NCBI GenBank assembly: GCA_963779755.1
Contig: CAVZZO010000001.1
Coordinates: 1,952,001-2,016,000 of the forward strand
DNA length: 64,000 nucleotides
Reading direction: 5' to 3'
DNA from: an uncultured Gemmatimonadales bacterium
GTDB taxonomy: Bacteria > Gemmatimonadota > Gemmatimonadetes > Gemmatimonadales > GWC2-71-9
A program made the translations under genes and the position numbers. Shown piece by piece: positions 63,633 through 64,000 of this stretch. Within the stretch, counting starts at the first letter, position 1; each line of letters begins with the position of its first letter. The notes below the pieces were generated by a model. It did no database searches, had not been told where the DNA came from, and saw only the letters and a program-made list of their open reading frames with translations.

Positions 63633-63706
63633 TGGGCGATGAGGGACTTGAACCCCCGACCTCGCGCATGTGAGGCGCGCGCTCTAACCAGCTGAGCTAA
63701 TCGCCC
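63633..63706 (-). tRNA. tRNA-Val(CAC)
   Basis: GGGCGAT...ATCGCCCA acceptor stem, anticodon arm CGCGC-CTCACAT-GCGCG and GGTTCAAGTCC T-arm. Confidence 0.93.
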
Positions 63707-63746
63707 TGGGGGAGCCTTGATTTGGGCTGGGGAGTCTAGACAAGCA

Positions 63747-63824
63747 GGTCGAGGGGGTCAAGAGGGTCGAGACGGCTGAGCGCAGCTGACCTCGACCGCC
63801 TCGACTCTCTTGACCCCCTCGACC
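63747..63824. repeat. 25-bp inverted repeat made of (g)gtcgag-like units; possible REP-like element or terminator
   Basis: ggtcgagggggtcaagagggtcgag and ctcgactctcttgaccccctcgacc, with 1 mismatch. Confidence 0.8.
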
Positions 63825-63829
63825 ACCCC

Positions 63830-64000
63830 CTAGATCAATCCCCCCCGCCTGAGCTTCCCGATCTGATCGTACCGCTCCTCGTGCATCGCCAGGACCTCGT
63901 CGGGAAATACGGTGGCGACGCCGGCCTTGCTCACCTCCACCCCCGCGGCGTAGTTGGCCAGGACGGCGCCTTCCAGCACCGAGGAGCCCGCGGCCAGCGC
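63830..64000 (-). CDS. C-terminus of a PfkB-family RfaE/HldE heptose-7-phosphate kinase-like protein (partial)
   Basis: ALAAGSSVLEGAVLANYAAGVEVSKAGVATV...GGLI* matches the LANxAAG..V.K.G.A pattern. Confidence 0.75.
   Translation of the reverse strand, partial: ALAAGSSVLEGAVLANYAAGVEVSKAGVATVFPDEVLAMHEERYDQIGKLRRGGLI

Overview
A high-GC bacterial chromosomal window. The style of the Ser/Thr kinase N-terminus suggests Gemmatimonadota (inference). Contents, left to right: (1) a mixed-orientation surface-polysaccharide cluster at 1-16.6 kb (DegT aminotransferase, bi-domain oxidoreductase, three GT4s, AsnB-type amidotransferase, ligase/polymerase, heparinase II/III-like protein, Wzx, Wzz-like protein, methyltransferase); (2) an aroF / chorismate mutase / fused pheA-tyrA operon preceded by an unannotated Phe+Tyr leader peptide and a complete attenuator; (3) tRNA-Ile2, then a membrane Ser/Thr kinase with TolB-like repeats directly followed by an FHA-TM-coiled-coil-lytic transglycosylase fusion; (4) a GH3 glucosidase, two copies of a 147-bp structured repeat, ppsA, cyanophycin cphB-cphA, a lipocalin and a 2866-aa cyclic beta-1,2-glucan synthase-like protein; (5) an ArsP-like permease, small thioredoxin, flavin oxidoreductase, a hipBA-like module, a TreS-like GH13, a GH2 and an SGNH hydrolase; (6) kdpFABCDE with an extra small upstream membrane peptide, bracketed by a 28-bp direct repeat, then tRNA-Val(CAC) and the 3' end of an RfaE-like kinase. 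The best candidates for novelty are the kinase plus FHA-lytic transglycosylase pair, the dual Phe/Tyr attenuator controlling a PheA-TyrA fusion, and several repeat elements. No CRISPR array, integrase or transposase was seen. All calls come from reading motifs by eye, without database searches.
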